Assembly (NCBI GenBank): GCA_041389025.1
Contig: JAWKSP010000002.1
Location: 105,279-169,278, forward strand
Reading direction: 5' to 3'
Length of the DNA: 64,000 bases
From: Minisyncoccota bacterium
GTDB lineage: Bacteria > Patescibacteriota > Minisyncoccia > Phycocordibacterales > UBA918
Shown: positions 17,004-26,523 of the stretch, one piece after another
Layout: each line of letters begins with the position of its first letter
Position numbering within the stretch: position 1 is the first letter of the stretch
The notes under the pieces: model-generated
Told to the model about the DNA's origin: nothing
The model's database searches: none
What the model saw: only the letters and a program-made list of their open reading frames with translations
Made by a program: the position numbers and the translations under genes

Positions 17004-18788
17004 TTACTTTCCTCGCTTTCTCTCACTTTCTTTTAGCTGAGACTTGCGTAATCGCACACTTTCTGGCGTAACCTCTAAGTATTCATCGTCTGCCATAATT
17101 TCTAGACCTAACTCAATAGTAATTAGTTTTGGTGGCACTAGATTTATGGCATCATCAGAACCAGAAGCACGCATATTGGTAAGTTGCTTGCCCTTAGTTG
17201 GATTTACCGTCATTTCTTCACCTTTGGAAGTATTACCAATCACCATACCTTCATATACTTCGGTACCGGCTCCTATATATAGTTGTCCACGGTCTTGAAG
17301 ACCATAAAGAGCAAACCCCAAAGCTTTACCTTGTACCATAGAAATCATTGAACCTACTTGACGTTTCTTGATCTCCCCAGCGTAAGGACGAAAACCAAGT
17401 ACTCGTGAGGCTAAAATACCTTCTCCTTTAGTATCAACTATAAACTGATTCTTATAACCAAGTAGTCCACGAGTCGGGCCTTCAAAAATAAGTCTTACCT
17501 GATTATCATGCACCACCATATTCATCATGACAAAACCTCGATTTCCTAGTCGTTCAATCACTGCCCCTTGAAATTCTGACGGAATATCTACTGTCACCTC
17601 TTCAAACGGTTCCATCTTTTGCCCTTCTTCTTCCTTAATGATCACTTGTGGTTGAGATACTGCCAGCTCATAGCCATCCCGTCGCATATTTTCAAGTAAA
17701 ATAGCAATATGCATCTCACCACGCCCCCGTACCTCAAAAGTGTCTCCTTGGGAAAAATCTACTTGTAGTCCAACGTTTACCTCCAGCTCCCTCTCCAAAC
17801 GCTCGCGAATTTGGCGTGAAGTCACATATTTTCCTTCTCTCCCCGCAAACGGTGAGGAGTTTGGCATAAATTGTAGAGCGATGGTTGGTTCATCGACCGC
17901 AATCGCTGGCAAAGGCTCCGCTTCCTCATTGTCAGTCAAAGTGTCCCCAATATTTATATCAGCAAATCCAGCAATCATCACAATATCACCAGCAAAAGCT
18001 TCCGTTGTATCAACTTTTTGTATGCCTTTAAAAGTAGAAAGCTTCACCACTTTTCCTTTACTAGTCTCAGTACCTTTATGCTTTATAAATAAAGGTTGAT
18101 TAGTTTTAATTGACCCTTCGTAGACACGTGCAATGGCCAAACGACCAAGGAAATTATCATAAGCCAGATTAAATACTTGAGCACGCAAAGCTTCTCCCTC
18201 AACATAAGCACGAGCTGCCGGTACTTCTTCCAAAATCACATCGAGGAGTGGAGACAAGTCTTTAAATTCATCTTCAAGTTTACGTTTCGCTACTCCATCG
18301 CGACCAATAGCGTATACCACTGTAAAATCTGACTGATTATCATCAGCTCCTAACTCTAAGAAAAGTTCCAGCACTTGCTCTTCTGCTCGAACCGGATCAG
18401 CAGCTGGTTTGTCAATTTTATTCAAAACCACTATTGGCTTAAGTCCTAGCTCTAGTGATTTCTTTAGTACAAAGCGTGTCTGTGGCATTGGCCCCTCCTG
18501 AGCATCTACCACCAATAACACCGAGTCAATCGAGCGAAGTACTCGTTCTACTTCAGATCCAAAGTCGGCGTGACCAGGAGTATCCACAATATTGATTTTA
18601 GTGTCTTTGTACTCAATAGAGGTATTTTTGGCATAAATAGTAATACCACGCTCACGCTCAAGCGCATTGCTATCCATTGAACTCTCACCATCACGCGCGC
18701 CAGTTTGCTCCATTAAAGCGTCGGTTAGAGTAGTCTTGCCGTGGTCTACGTGAGCAATAATAGCGATATTACGAATTTCCTGTGCCAT
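17004..18788 (-). CDS. typA: Translational GTPase TypA/BipA.
   Basis: The G-domain IRNIAIIAHVDHGKTTLTDAL and DTPGHADF. The overall EF-G-like organisation is that of BipA. Confidence 0.95.
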   Translation of the reverse strand: MAQEIRNIAIIAHVDHGKTTLTDALMEQTGARDGESSMDSNALERERGITIYAKNTSIEYKDTKINIVDTPGHADFGSEVERVLRSIDSVLLVVDAQEGPMPQTRFVLKKSLELGLKPIVVLNKIDKPAADPVRAEEQVLELFLELGADDNQSDFTVVYAIGRDGVAKRKLEDEFKDLSPLLDVILEEVPAARAYVEGEALRAQVFNLAYDNFLGRLAIARVYEGSIKTNQPLFIKHKGTETSKGKVVKLSTFKGIQKVDTTEAFAGDIVMIAGFADINIGDTLTDNEEAEPLPAIAVDEPTIALQFMPNSSPFAGREGKYVTSRQIRERLERELEVNVGLQVDFSQGDTFEVRGRGEMHIAILLENMRRDGYELAVSQPQVIIKEEEGQKMEPFEEVTVDIPSEFQGAVIERLGNRGFVMMNMVVHDNQVRLIFEGPTRGLLGYKNQFIVDTKGEGILASRVLGFRPYAGEIKKRQVGSMISMVQGKALGFALYGLQDRGQLYIGAGTEVYEGMVIGNTSKGEEMTVNPTKGKQLTNMRASGSDDAINLVPPKLITIELGLEIMADDEYLEVTPESVRLRKSQLKESERKRGK

Positions 18789-18856
18789 ATAAAAATGATT
18801 AAAATTAAAATATTAAACCTCCATTACCCGCTTACCAAAATTATTAAACGAGAAAG

Positions 18857-18885
18857 GCGCGTATCACTGCAAGGCGAACGCGCCC
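18857..18885 (-). terminator. GC-rich hairpin (GGCGCG...CGCGCC) downstream of the GIY-YIG gene and upstream of typA. It is a candidate terminator.
   Basis: Inverted repeat 18857-18862 / 18880-18885, followed on the minus strand by TTTCTCGTTT. There is a second 9-bp inverted repeat CAAAAGTGA..TCACTTTTG at 18886-18923. Confidence 0.4.
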
Positions 18886-18913
18886 AAAAGTGACTGTAGA
18901 ATACAAAGAAAAA

Positions 18914-19189
18914 TCACTTTTGTCTAGCGAAAAGTTGTATTTTTTTAACTTTATTAAGTTTTTTTAGTGACAACTCACATTTTGTGGCTTCACTACGAGA
19001 TTTAAAAGTTTTTTTGTAGACTAACTCCACTGGACGGCGAACTTTAGTATATTTGGCACCAAGTTTATCATCTTCATTATGCTCTTTGACGCGCCTTTTT
19101 AAGTCTGTAGTAATACCAGTATACAGAGTATCATCGGCACACCTAAGCATGTAGACATACCAGACTACTTTATCACTATTTTTTTTCAT
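18914..19189 (-). CDS. GIY-YIG nuclease-family protein (UPF0213-like).
   Basis: VVWYVYMLRCADDTLYTGITTDLKRRVKEHN is the GIY-YIG motif. Confidence 0.8.
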   Translation of the reverse strand: MKKNSDKVVWYVYMLRCADDTLYTGITTDLKRRVKEHNEDDKLGAKYTKVRRPVELVYKKTFKSRSEATKCELSLKKLNKVKKIQLFARQK

Positions 19190-19258
19190 AAACTACCGTT
19201 AAAAGCCTGATCACCATACCAATAAAGCCAAACCAAAAAAATCACTACCACTAAAATT

Positions 19259-19948
19259 TTAATTAGAGTTTTGAACATTATTAAAGTTAGTTTTGACTCT
19301 TTGTCGCTTTCGCCAAACCAGATAAAATAAAATTGTAATAGTAATTATCCCTAAAGGATAATAAACATATGACGAACGAAAAATACTAAAAAATGAGTCG
19401 TCTAAGAAGGAATTTATTGTCTTTATGTGTAATAATTCAGAAAAATAGCTATGATTACTATCATCCTGACCGATGGTTAACATGTATTTTCCTCTATTTT
19501 CCGGTGTACTAACTTCAATTCTATATGTGCCAGAAGTTACTTTGACACTTAAATCATTACTAACCTTTAGCTTGAGACCTAATTTTCCATCCGATATCGT
19601 GTTCCATTCTATATTTTTTTGATTAAGACGTCCTACTTCTTGGACACCCCCACCCTTTTCTTTCTCCTTTACTACAATTAAAGAAAAAGGAATTGGTGAA
19701 TTTAAATTTGTCGCTAACTGAGCTAATGATAAAGTAAGTTCAGTGGTGGTACTGGAATTAAATTCATACATGTGTGGGTCATTTTTTAGTTCCCCTAAGT
19801 ACTGATATTTAGTTTGAATATCTGAATTTATCGAGGTTAACTCATAAGGGATTGTAGTGGTGTTTATAGACGGATTATAAGCCAAAGAAACCAACGGCAG
19901 AAACAACAGAGGCAAGCTCATTAAAAATATACGTGGAGTAAGTGACAT
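19259..19948 (-). CDS. Hypothetical secreted or membrane protein with a signal peptide and a C-terminal TM.
   Basis: N-terminal LMSLPLLFLPLVSLA. C-terminal ITITILFYLVWRKRQR. Confidence 0.5.
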   Translation of the reverse strand: MSLTPRIFLMSLPLLFLPLVSLAYNPSINTTTIPYELTSINSDIQTKYQYLGELKNDPHMYEFNSSTTTELTLSLAQLATNLNSPIPFSLIVVKEKEKGGGVQEVGRLNQKNIEWNTISDGKLGLKLKVSNDLSVKVTSGTYRIEVSTPENRGKYMLTIGQDDSNHSYFSELLHIKTINSFLDDSFFSIFRSSYVYYPLGIITITILFYLVWRKRQRVKTNFNNVQNSN

Positions 19949-19964
19949 AATAAAATAATAGCAA

Positions 19965-19999
19965 AGAAACAGCCGGCGACAAAGTCGCCGGCTGTTTCT
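19965..19999 (-). terminator. Terminator hairpin with a 16-bp perfect stem, AGAAACAGCCGGCGAC / GTCGCCGGCTGTTTCT, and loop AAA.
   Basis: Perfect inverted repeat located downstream of gene 20053..20655. Flanks are A/T-rich. Confidence 0.6.
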
Positions 20000-20052
20000 T
20001 TCTTAAACTATTAACAATTTTAATATTCAGTAGAATAAAATTTTACAAACTT

Positions 20053-20655
20053 TTAATTAGCCAATCCTGCCTCTTTTAAAATTTCTTTTATAGTTTCTTT
20101 GTCGTTTGATTGTCTGGCTACCATTAACGCGTCTTGCTGTTCAGGAGTCAGATCAAGCCACTTTTTACCTTTTTTTCCATGATGTTTTCCTTGACTACCA
20201 AATTCCTCACCAACACCAAGCTTATCTAATTTTACCTTTGCTTCTTCAAATTCTCCATTTTGCCTTAATTTCAATGCTTCTTTAAAAAGTTCAAAGTCGG
20301 CTTCAGTGGTGACTATATCACTTAATGGAGTGCCTACAATTAAACCTTTGAAATTGTCATAATCACCAGATAAAACAGACTCATACAATTCATGACGCAG
20401 ATTATGAGATAATTTTTTTAGCTCTTTCAGTTTTTCTTCATCAACCCCAGCTTCTAATAATATATCTCTGGCTTTTTTATTATCACCATGCGCTCTTAAT
20501 TCTCGAGCTTCAGCCAAAGCTTCAATTTGACTTGGTGAAAAACCAGCTTTTTCCAGCCTATCTACACCAACATAAGCTTGTACACCAGTAGCGGTGACAG
20601 CAAAAGCGGCGATAGCTATTAGTAATGATTTTGATTGCATATTTTCAATTTTCAA
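20053..20655 (-). CDS. Hypothetical secreted helical protein.
   Basis: Signal peptide ...ATGVQA. Lys/Glu-rich helical repeats. Confidence 0.5.
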   Translation of the reverse strand: MKIENMQSKSLLIAIAAFAVTATGVQAYVGVDRLEKAGFSPSQIEALAEARELRAHGDNKKARDILLEAGVDEEKLKELKKLSHNLRHELYESVLSGDYDNFKGLIVGTPLSDIVTTEADFELFKEALKLRQNGEFEEAKVKLDKLGVGEEFGSQGKHHGKKGKKWLDLTPEQQDALMVARQSNDKETIKEILKEAGLAN

Positions 20656-20668
20656 ATTTCAATAAAAT

Positions 20669-20710
20669 AAGAGTAACAAGACGTCTCTTGTTACTCTTAT
20701 TTTTACGTAA
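20669..20710 (-). terminator. Rho-independent terminator: AAGAGTAACAAG-ACGTCT-CTTGTTACTCTT followed by a T-run.
   Basis: 12-bp perfect stem. ATTTTATTG follows on the minus strand. Located downstream of gene 20732..21238. Confidence 0.6.
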
Positions 20711-20731
20711 TTTTAAACACCCTATTTCACT

Positions 20732-21238
20732 TTAAATAGTTTCAAAATAACTCCACAATTTTTCAAGGCTTGTCCAAGTCCTACTGTTATAGTCTACTGT
20801 TGTTCTACAAGTATCCAGTATATACTCCTCACTATCAATAGTTATTTTGAAATTATAATCAACTCCCCCCTCTTTTGAATCACATTTTTGTACCAAACGG
20901 CGAGAAGTTTGTTTTTCTAACTCATTCAAATTTACCATTCTTTGCAATTCATTTCTTAAACTCCTATCGATCACTCCTTCTTTTATGATATCTCCGACTT
21001 CAGTTTTAGTGGTAAGTAAGCGATAAGAACCAGTCGAGACAATAAGCTGAAAAGACATACAACCTTTTACACTGCAAGATCCATAAGCTTCGGCTTCAAT
21101 TGTATAATCGTCATAAATTTTACTATCAGGAATTAAGGAGAACTCAAAATGAAAGCCAGTTAGAAAAAAATAAAAACCAGCGACAAATCCCATTATAAAG
21201 GTTATGAGTATACTCAACTTATCTTGTCTGGTTATCAT
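20732..21238 (-). CDS. Hypothetical membrane-anchored, Cys-containing protein.
   Basis: N-terminal TM ILITFIMGFVAGFYFFLTGF. Confidence 0.45.
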   Translation of the reverse strand: MITRQDKLSILITFIMGFVAGFYFFLTGFHFEFSLIPDSKIYDDYTIEAEAYGSCSVKGCMSFQLIVSTGSYRLLTTKTEVGDIIKEGVIDRSLRNELQRMVNLNELEKQTSRRLVQKCDSKEGGVDYNFKITIDSEEYILDTCRTTVDYNSRTWTSLEKLWSYFETI

Positions 21239-21265
21239 GTTTGATAAAATTATAACATTGAAAGG

Positions 21266-21310
21266 GAAAATAAAAGCCCCGCGCCTACGGCGCGGGGCTT
21301 TTATTTTCCC
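21266..21310 (-). terminator. Rho-independent terminator: AAAGCCCCGCGCC-TACG-GCGCGGGGCTTT followed by a T-run.
   Basis: 13-bp GC-rich stem and TTTTATTTTCCC on the minus strand, downstream of the cupin gene. Confidence 0.75.
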
Positions 21311-21313
21311 ACC

Positions 21314-21724
21314 TTATTCTCTATCAGCAGTAGTCACACCGTCAAAGTGCTCTTCTTTTTCATCAGCTTTGGTTGGTTGCACAACCCCGTCTTTATGCTC
21401 TGGTGTTGAGTAAATAGTGTAAAGTTTTAAATCTTCACTTCCTTCATTTACTACATTATGCCAAGTTCCAGCCGGAATAATCACCACATGATCAGCTGGT
21501 AACTCATATTCATCTTTATTGTTAAGTATCACTTTACCAGTACCGGCCTCTGATCTGATAAATTGGTCTAAACCGTGAATTTCATTTCCAATTTCTTCCC
21601 CTGGTCGAATATTCATGACCACTAACTGCATATAGCGACCAGTATAAAGTACTCGACGATAATCAGTATTGTTTATTGTTTCTTCTTCAATATTAGCTAA
21701 ATATTCTTTCATAAGACTAACCAA
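21314..21724 (-). CDS. Cupin-domain protein.
   Basis: GEEIGNEIHGLDQFIRSEAGTGKV...IPAGTWHNVVNEGSEDL is the cupin 2 conserved barrel. Confidence 0.7.
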   Translation of the reverse strand: MVSLMKEYLANIEEETINNTDYRRVLYTGRYMQLVVMNIRPGEEIGNEIHGLDQFIRSEAGTGKVILNNKDEYELPADHVVIIPAGTWHNVVNEGSEDLKLYTIYSTPEHKDGVVQPTKADEKEEHFDGVTTADRE

Positions 21725-21777
21725 GAATTAAGGTAATAATTCACAATAATAACACAACTAACTAGTTTTTGTTAAAA

Positions 21778-22317
21778 CTATTCAGACAATAATTTTCCAA
21801 GTTTAATCCCTAAAACCAAATCATCAACCGCTCCAAACAGTATTTCTCTTAATTTTCCTTGTTTATCAATGATAATTAATGAAGGAGTACCATTCAAAGC
21901 AAAATTTTTCATACTTTCTGGTAATCGACTGTTATCATTGTGCTTATCAATTGCCACCGGAAAAGTATAACGAAATTCTGACAAAAAAGCCTCAAGAGAC
22001 TCTTTTTGCATAGCTTTATGATGTTCAAAAACTGAATGTAACCCTAAAACTACTAACTTTTCCTCATCAGCAAACATTGAATGAAGTCGTTTGGCTTGAG
22101 GTAAGCTATGCGTTACACACCCTGGACAAAGCATTTGAAAAGCTTCGATAATAATCACTTTACCTTTTAGGTCAGTTAAATTAATATTCTTTCCTCCAGT
22201 ATTTAACCACTCACTAACCACCAATTCCGGCAGTTGTGTCATAACACCATCATTATCGTCTTTTACCTCACAAACCCCATCTTCACAGTTAACCTCTTTT
22301 TTTTGTTTATCAGTCAT
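21778..22317 (-). CDS. Thioredoxin-fold thiol-disulfide oxidoreductase (TlpA/redoxin-like).
   Basis: CxxC motif in FQMLCPGCVTHSLPQA. Thioredoxin-like length and context. Confidence 0.65.
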   Translation of the reverse strand: MTDKQKKEVNCEDGVCEVKDDNDGVMTQLPELVVSEWLNTGGKNINLTDLKGKVIIIEAFQMLCPGCVTHSLPQAKRLHSMFADEEKLVVLGLHSVFEHHKAMQKESLEAFLSEFRYTFPVAIDKHNDNSRLPESMKNFALNGTPSLIIIDKQGKLREILFGAVDDLVLGIKLGKLLSE

Positions 22318-22331
22318 GTACTTATTGTAAC

Positions 22332-23000
22332 TTATATCAAATCAAAGGAAACTTCTTCAATATTGGTTACACACACCGCTTGCAATTCATTAGTCTCACT
22401 AAATTTTGGCTCCAAACTAAACTGCACCACTCCTTGTACATCAGTTCCTGGAGCAAAGCTGATTTTTTCCTTGCTTAGACTATGAGTACCACTAAACATA
22501 GCCGGTACCTCAGCCATCACCACACCCTGTTCCTTGACTTCAATATCTCCTGGAGATTCAAAAGTAATATCAACTACCCCCGGATTCTCACCACACATAG
22601 CTACTTCACCCAACCTTACAATGTGATTATGCCAAATTGGATCAGAAGCATCTTTTTGCATCTCACTATCCAAGACTCCACCATGAGTAGTGGCTACAAT
22701 CACTTGGTCAGTACCCTTGTCAGTAATAATACCGTAACCAACTGCTCCATTCTCGCCATTTAAAGGCATAAGTCCCATGGCTTTCAAATCAGCAGTAAAA
22801 TCAGCTGATTTTTTTGTTATTTTTGCTTCAGATAAATGATGGTCAATTCCCATTTCATGACTTTCCATATCAGACATTTCTTCTGACATAGCTGTATCAA
22901 TATTTTTTTCAGCAATTTCTTTTTCATCACTGCCAATGAATAAAAATACTCCGATTAGCGCAACAGCAATGACTCCAAAGATCAAAACATTATTGTTCAT
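22332..23000 (-). CDS. Hypothetical membrane-anchored extracytoplasmic protein.
   Basis: N-terminal TM VLIFGVIAVALIGVFLFIG followed by an acidic, Met/His-rich segment. Confidence 0.5.
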   Translation of the reverse strand: MNNNVLIFGVIAVALIGVFLFIGSDEKEIAEKNIDTAMSEEMSDMESHEMGIDHHLSEAKITKKSADFTADLKAMGLMPLNGENGAVGYGIITDKGTDQVIVATTHGGVLDSEMQKDASDPIWHNHIVRLGEVAMCGENPGVVDITFESPGDIEVKEQGVVMAEVPAMFSGTHSLSKEKISFAPGTDVQGVVQFSLEPKFSETNELQAVCVTNIEEVSFDLI

Positions 23001-23145
23001 ATTATTTAATTTAGTTTAAATTTTTAAGTTAATTAATTCATGTCACCCAACATGTACCTGAAGTATAGCCCATTGATTTATTTTTTAAAGTAGCTATAAT
23101 AAAGTAACCTAGTTAGAATTACTAAAGTTTTATTGATTTATAAGC

Positions 23146-23484
23146 ATGAAAACAGATAACCAATTGGGGATAGAATTTAATAAAGATTGCTCCATTCGCA
23201 AAGCTATTGAGATAATTGGCCAAAAACACTCAATTTTAATTTTTAATGAACTGTTAAAACATCAAGTTTTACGCTTTGGCGAACTAAGAAGAGTACTTGG
23301 TAATCTAAATACCGGTACTCTTAGTATAACTTTAAAGCAACTGGAAGATTCTGGTTTAATTAGACGTACAGTTTTTAGTGAAATACCACCTCGAGTTGAA
23401 TATTCTTTAACCGATAAAGGTAAGGAATTGGAAAAAGTCTTAATTCAACTCCAATTATGGTATGAAAAATGGTACAAAGATTAA
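23146..23484 (+). CDS. HxlR-family winged-helix transcriptional regulator.
   Basis: CSIRKAIEIIGQKHSILIF..LRFGEL...PPRVEYSLTDKGKEL is the canonical HxlR signature. Confidence 0.85.
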   Translation: MKTDNQLGIEFNKDCSIRKAIEIIGQKHSILIFNELLKHQVLRFGELRRVLGNLNTGTLSITLKQLEDSGLIRRTVFSEIPPRVEYSLTDKGKELEKVLIQLQLWYEKWYKD

Positions 23485-23581
23485 AATTTTAAAAAAATTA
23501 AAATAAAATTGACTGCCCATCAAAAAGATGGTATTTTTGGCGCCAGTAGTTTTTTAAAAATACTTTTTTACGAGGTGTAGG

Positions 23582-24304
23582 ATGAACACAGATGTTAAAT
23601 GTAGTAGTCACACAAGATTCCCTTTAACAGTTTACTACATAATTTCAATTGGAGTATTTGGTATTTTTTGTCTTTCATACGGGTACGATTTAAAGGTCTT
23701 AGAAAAAACAACCTGGACTACAATAAATACCGTTTTATTTTTTCTACTTTTTTTAGGAGCTATTATCACTCTAGTGATATCATCTTTGCTAAATAGTGGA
23801 AATTTTATAAAATATTTTTTTGTATTTCTAGTTCTTTTCCTGTTGGTTGGATTATTGACAATCATATACCTACCCAATAACAATCATTATTCAGTTATTG
23901 GTAACAAGACAACATACTCTAAGCTTGTTTTTAGAAACCCATTAAAGCATAGCCACGCTATTACCATAAATAAAGAATATGGTTTTGACCGTTTGACTTT
24001 TGAAGTGACAAGACAAGATTTGACAAAATACAAGATATCTTTAATTGGTAATCATAAACTTAATCTAGAGAATGAGGAAGAATTACTGCAGATAGTACGA
24101 TTGGCAGAAGCTGCAAATCTTACTCCAAACGAATTTATTAATAAATATCAAACGAAGCAAATAGTAAATGTTGTAAAAAACTATTTCCTTGATGAAAAAT
24201 CTAAAAATCTTCAATTATTCCTACAAAAGAATCTTGATTTAAGTGAATGGTTTTTAGTCCATAAAAAAGGAAGTATTCAGATATTGGAGTTAGAAGAATT
24301 ATAA
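23582..24304 (+). CDS. Hypothetical polytopic membrane protein.
   Basis: About 4 TM helices in the N-terminal half. Confidence 0.5.
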   Translation: MNTDVKCSSHTRFPLTVYYIISIGVFGIFCLSYGYDLKVLEKTTWTTINTVLFFLLFLGAIITLVISSLLNSGNFIKYFFVFLVLFLLVGLLTIIYLPNNNHYSVIGNKTTYSKLVFRNPLKHSHAITINKEYGFDRLTFEVTRQDLTKYKISLIGNHKLNLENEEELLQIVRLAEAANLTPNEFINKYQTKQIVNVVKNYFLDEKSKNLQLFLQKNLDLSEWFLVHKKGSIQILELEEL

Positions 24305-24445
24305 AATATTTTATGGCAATAACTTACGGGTACTGAAACATTTTGGTACCCATTTTATTTTCACAGTTTACACAAACCCACCACTTATGATATAAAGTTG
24401 ATCTAAGTGGTTCTTTTTATTTTTTAAAGTAAAGAAAGGAAAAAA

Positions 24446-24712
24446 ATGAGTGTGACAACACATGAAGTTTTAGTTTTTTTAAACAAACAAAGTAACACAA
24501 CTGATATAAACTATCAAACTCTTAGGAAATTAAGTGTTTCATTAAGTACATACTTCAGTAAGATAGCAGTTGAATTAAAAGATATAGTTATTGAAATATA
24601 TAGTATTCAATATCTCCAAAACTCGAGTCACTGTACTATATTGTGTGAGATAAATGGTGAGAAACTTAAAATTTTCACTCCAAGAAACACAGTGACCAAA
24701 GTTAAAGTATAA
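24446..24712 (+). CDS. Small hypothetical protein.
   Basis: ORF only. Precedes the sipW cluster on the opposite strand. Confidence 0.3.
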   Translation: MSVTTHEVLVFLNKQSNTTDINYQTLRKLSVSLSTYFSKIAVELKDIVIEIYSIQYLQNSSHCTILCEINGEKLKIFTPRNTVTKVKV

Positions 24713-24814
24713 AATACTCCACTTAGAAAACCGGCAGTAAACATATGTTTCTGTCGGTTATTGTTTTAATAACAACTTAGTAACATTTAGCTTTTAAATT
24801 AAAGCAATCTAAAA

Positions 24815-26518
24815 CTATATTTCAATCTCATCTATAACCACTGTTTCCTCAATCTTTTTTTCTGGTTCTTCTATCACTTCTTCTACAACTTCATTATTCT
24901 CCTCAACTAATTCTTCTACCACCTCCTCAACAATAATTTCTTCCACAACATCAACCTTAGTTTCGCTAGATTTATCATTTACATCGGCTTGTTCATTAAT
25001 ATTATTTTCTTTTTCTTCTTGGTTATTTTGATTAGTATTTTGCTCTATTTCATTTTCATCTATTTGTCCTAACATCTCTTCTTTATCTTCGGTTGGTATG
25101 GTTGGCTTTTCGATAAATTCCTCTATTGTCTGTTCTTCTCCATTTTTTTCTTCACTATCGTTACTAGAAATAAAGGTTTGACTATCAATTACCAGTGGTA
25201 GAGTCATGGCTGGCTCAGCAATATTTCTAGTAAATTCAAAAGTTACAATTTCAGTGTCAATATAACCGCTGCCAGCCGTCTCACCATCAAGATAAGCGGT
25301 AAATATTAAATCTACTATACAAGGTGTTACTCCATAATAAAAATCAGATAAAGAAAAATCTAGTAAGAAGTCATTACCAATAATGGTCTCAGTTTTATTT
25401 AAATTAAGCAGATTTCCATTGTAAGAAAGCGGCGCTTCTGCTTTAACAGTAATCAAACCACACAAAGCAGAAGCGCCGCTTTCTTTTACTTCAATTTTAT
25501 AAACCAAACTCTCTTTTACTCGATTATCTAAATCAATACTAACCTCTGTAGTAGTGGTACCCAAAATATTATCATCTTCAGTCAAGAAATTTGTCTTAGA
25601 AGCAAAAATTGAAAAATCAACAGCTGTTGCCTGCATGCTGTTTGCAAAACTAATTTCTGTATCAGTTGGATAAGCAAAGGTAGTCATGTCTCCCAACATT
25701 TGCATAGAAACAAAAACCAGCAATACAAACCCCGCCACTACTGTTGAAGCCTGCGGTCTAATATCATGTGAAAAATTATAGCTATTTTTTTGTTCAACTA
25801 TCTTACCAGTAGAAGGTTCTATCATTTTTCTAGTTTTACCAGTTGGTTCTATATCCATTTTTTTTGTTTTAACGACTCTAGTTGGTAAATCAACTTTTAA
25901 GTTAACTTTTCTTAATGAATTTGCTGTTTGTATTTTTTTTACTTTTTGCTTTGAGCTATTTGGATCATAAGGAGTAATCACCAGCGGCACGACCATATCT
26001 TTATCAAATCTAAGTCCACGCATTCTTCTCACTTCCAACCAAATTTTTATTAGTTCATCTAGAACAATCAAAAAAGCCGGAATACCAACCAAAAGCCCAA
26101 AACCCAATGGTTGTCTGGCAAAATCAAGCATAAAACCAACGTACGGTATATCAAAGACTACTTTTCCAATAACATCACCGGCCGGTACCGGTTTTGCGTC
26201 TCTATCTTCGTTGGCGTCACCTTTGGTTATAAAATAACTCTTTCCATTTATATTTTCAGTATCAATTATCCTATGTGTAGTCGGAATCTTAGCGTTTTTA
26301 TCTGCAAAAGTGATAATATCACCAACTTTATAACTTTCAATTTCATGAATAGCCACCACTGCTCCAGTCATAATAGTTGGCTCCATCGAACCAGATTTCA
26401 CTATTTTAACTTCAATATTTCCAACCCCTGGAATTGGTGGCGCCATTAGCAAGAAAACCAAACCCAAAACGATTAGGATAAAAATTGTATAGGTGATATT
26501 ACTAATAATTTTTTTCAT
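24815..26518 (-). CDS. sipW: Archaeal/ER-type signal peptidase I (SipW-like, S26B) fused in frame to a TasA-like module that has its own internal SipW-cognate-type signal sequence and an acidic C-terminal tail.
   Basis: N-terminal 190 aa: TM, then VKIVKSGSMEPTIMTGAVV...IPTTHRII...FITKGDANEDRDAKPV..GKVVFDIPYVGF, then a second TM. These are the SipW / S26B catalytic Ser and His boxes. It is followed by a basic linker and VVAGFVLLVFVSMQMLGDMTTFAYPTDTEISFANSMQATAVDFSI, which resembles the GAFFSDTETS..N.FTAG..DL motif of the downstream paralogues. No stop codon separates the two parts. Confidence 0.8.
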   Translation of the reverse strand: MKKIISNITYTIFILIVLGLVFLLMAPPIPGVGNIEVKIVKSGSMEPTIMTGAVVAIHEIESYKVGDIITFADKNAKIPTTHRIIDTENINGKSYFITKGDANEDRDAKPVPAGDVIGKVVFDIPYVGFMLDFARQPLGFGLLVGIPAFLIVLDELIKIWLEVRRMRGLRFDKDMVVPLVITPYDPNSSKQKVKKIQTANSLRKVNLKVDLPTRVVKTKKMDIEPTGKTRKMIEPSTGKIVEQKNSYNFSHDIRPQASTVVAGFVLLVFVSMQMLGDMTTFAYPTDTEISFANSMQATAVDFSIFASKTNFLTEDDNILGTTTTEVSIDLDNRVKESLVYKIEVKESGASALCGLITVKAEAPLSYNGNLLNLNKTETIIGNDFLLDFSLSDFYYGVTPCIVDLIFTAYLDGETAGSGYIDTEIVTFEFTRNIAEPAMTLPLVIDSQTFISSNDSEEKNGEEQTIEEFIEKPTIPTEDKEEMLGQIDENEIEQNTNQNNQEEKENNINEQADVNDKSSETKVDVVEEIIVEEVVEELVEENNEVVEEVIEEPEKKIEETVVIDEIEI

Positions 26519-26523
26519 GTTTT

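Noticed and set aside
17044-18099. Plus-strand ORFs inside typA (17044..17298, 17740..18099), and similar ones inside groEL (39388..39702, 39898..40254, 40297..40521) and the P-type ATPase (59835..60110, 60870..61061).
   Set aside because: They are antisense ORFs within strongly supported conserved genes.
18789-18913. GGAGG about 29 nt upstream of the typA ATG, suggesting a different start.
   Set aside because: The annotated N-terminus MAQEIRNIAIIAHVDHGKTTL matches the canonical TypA start exactly. An upstream start would add non-conserved residues.
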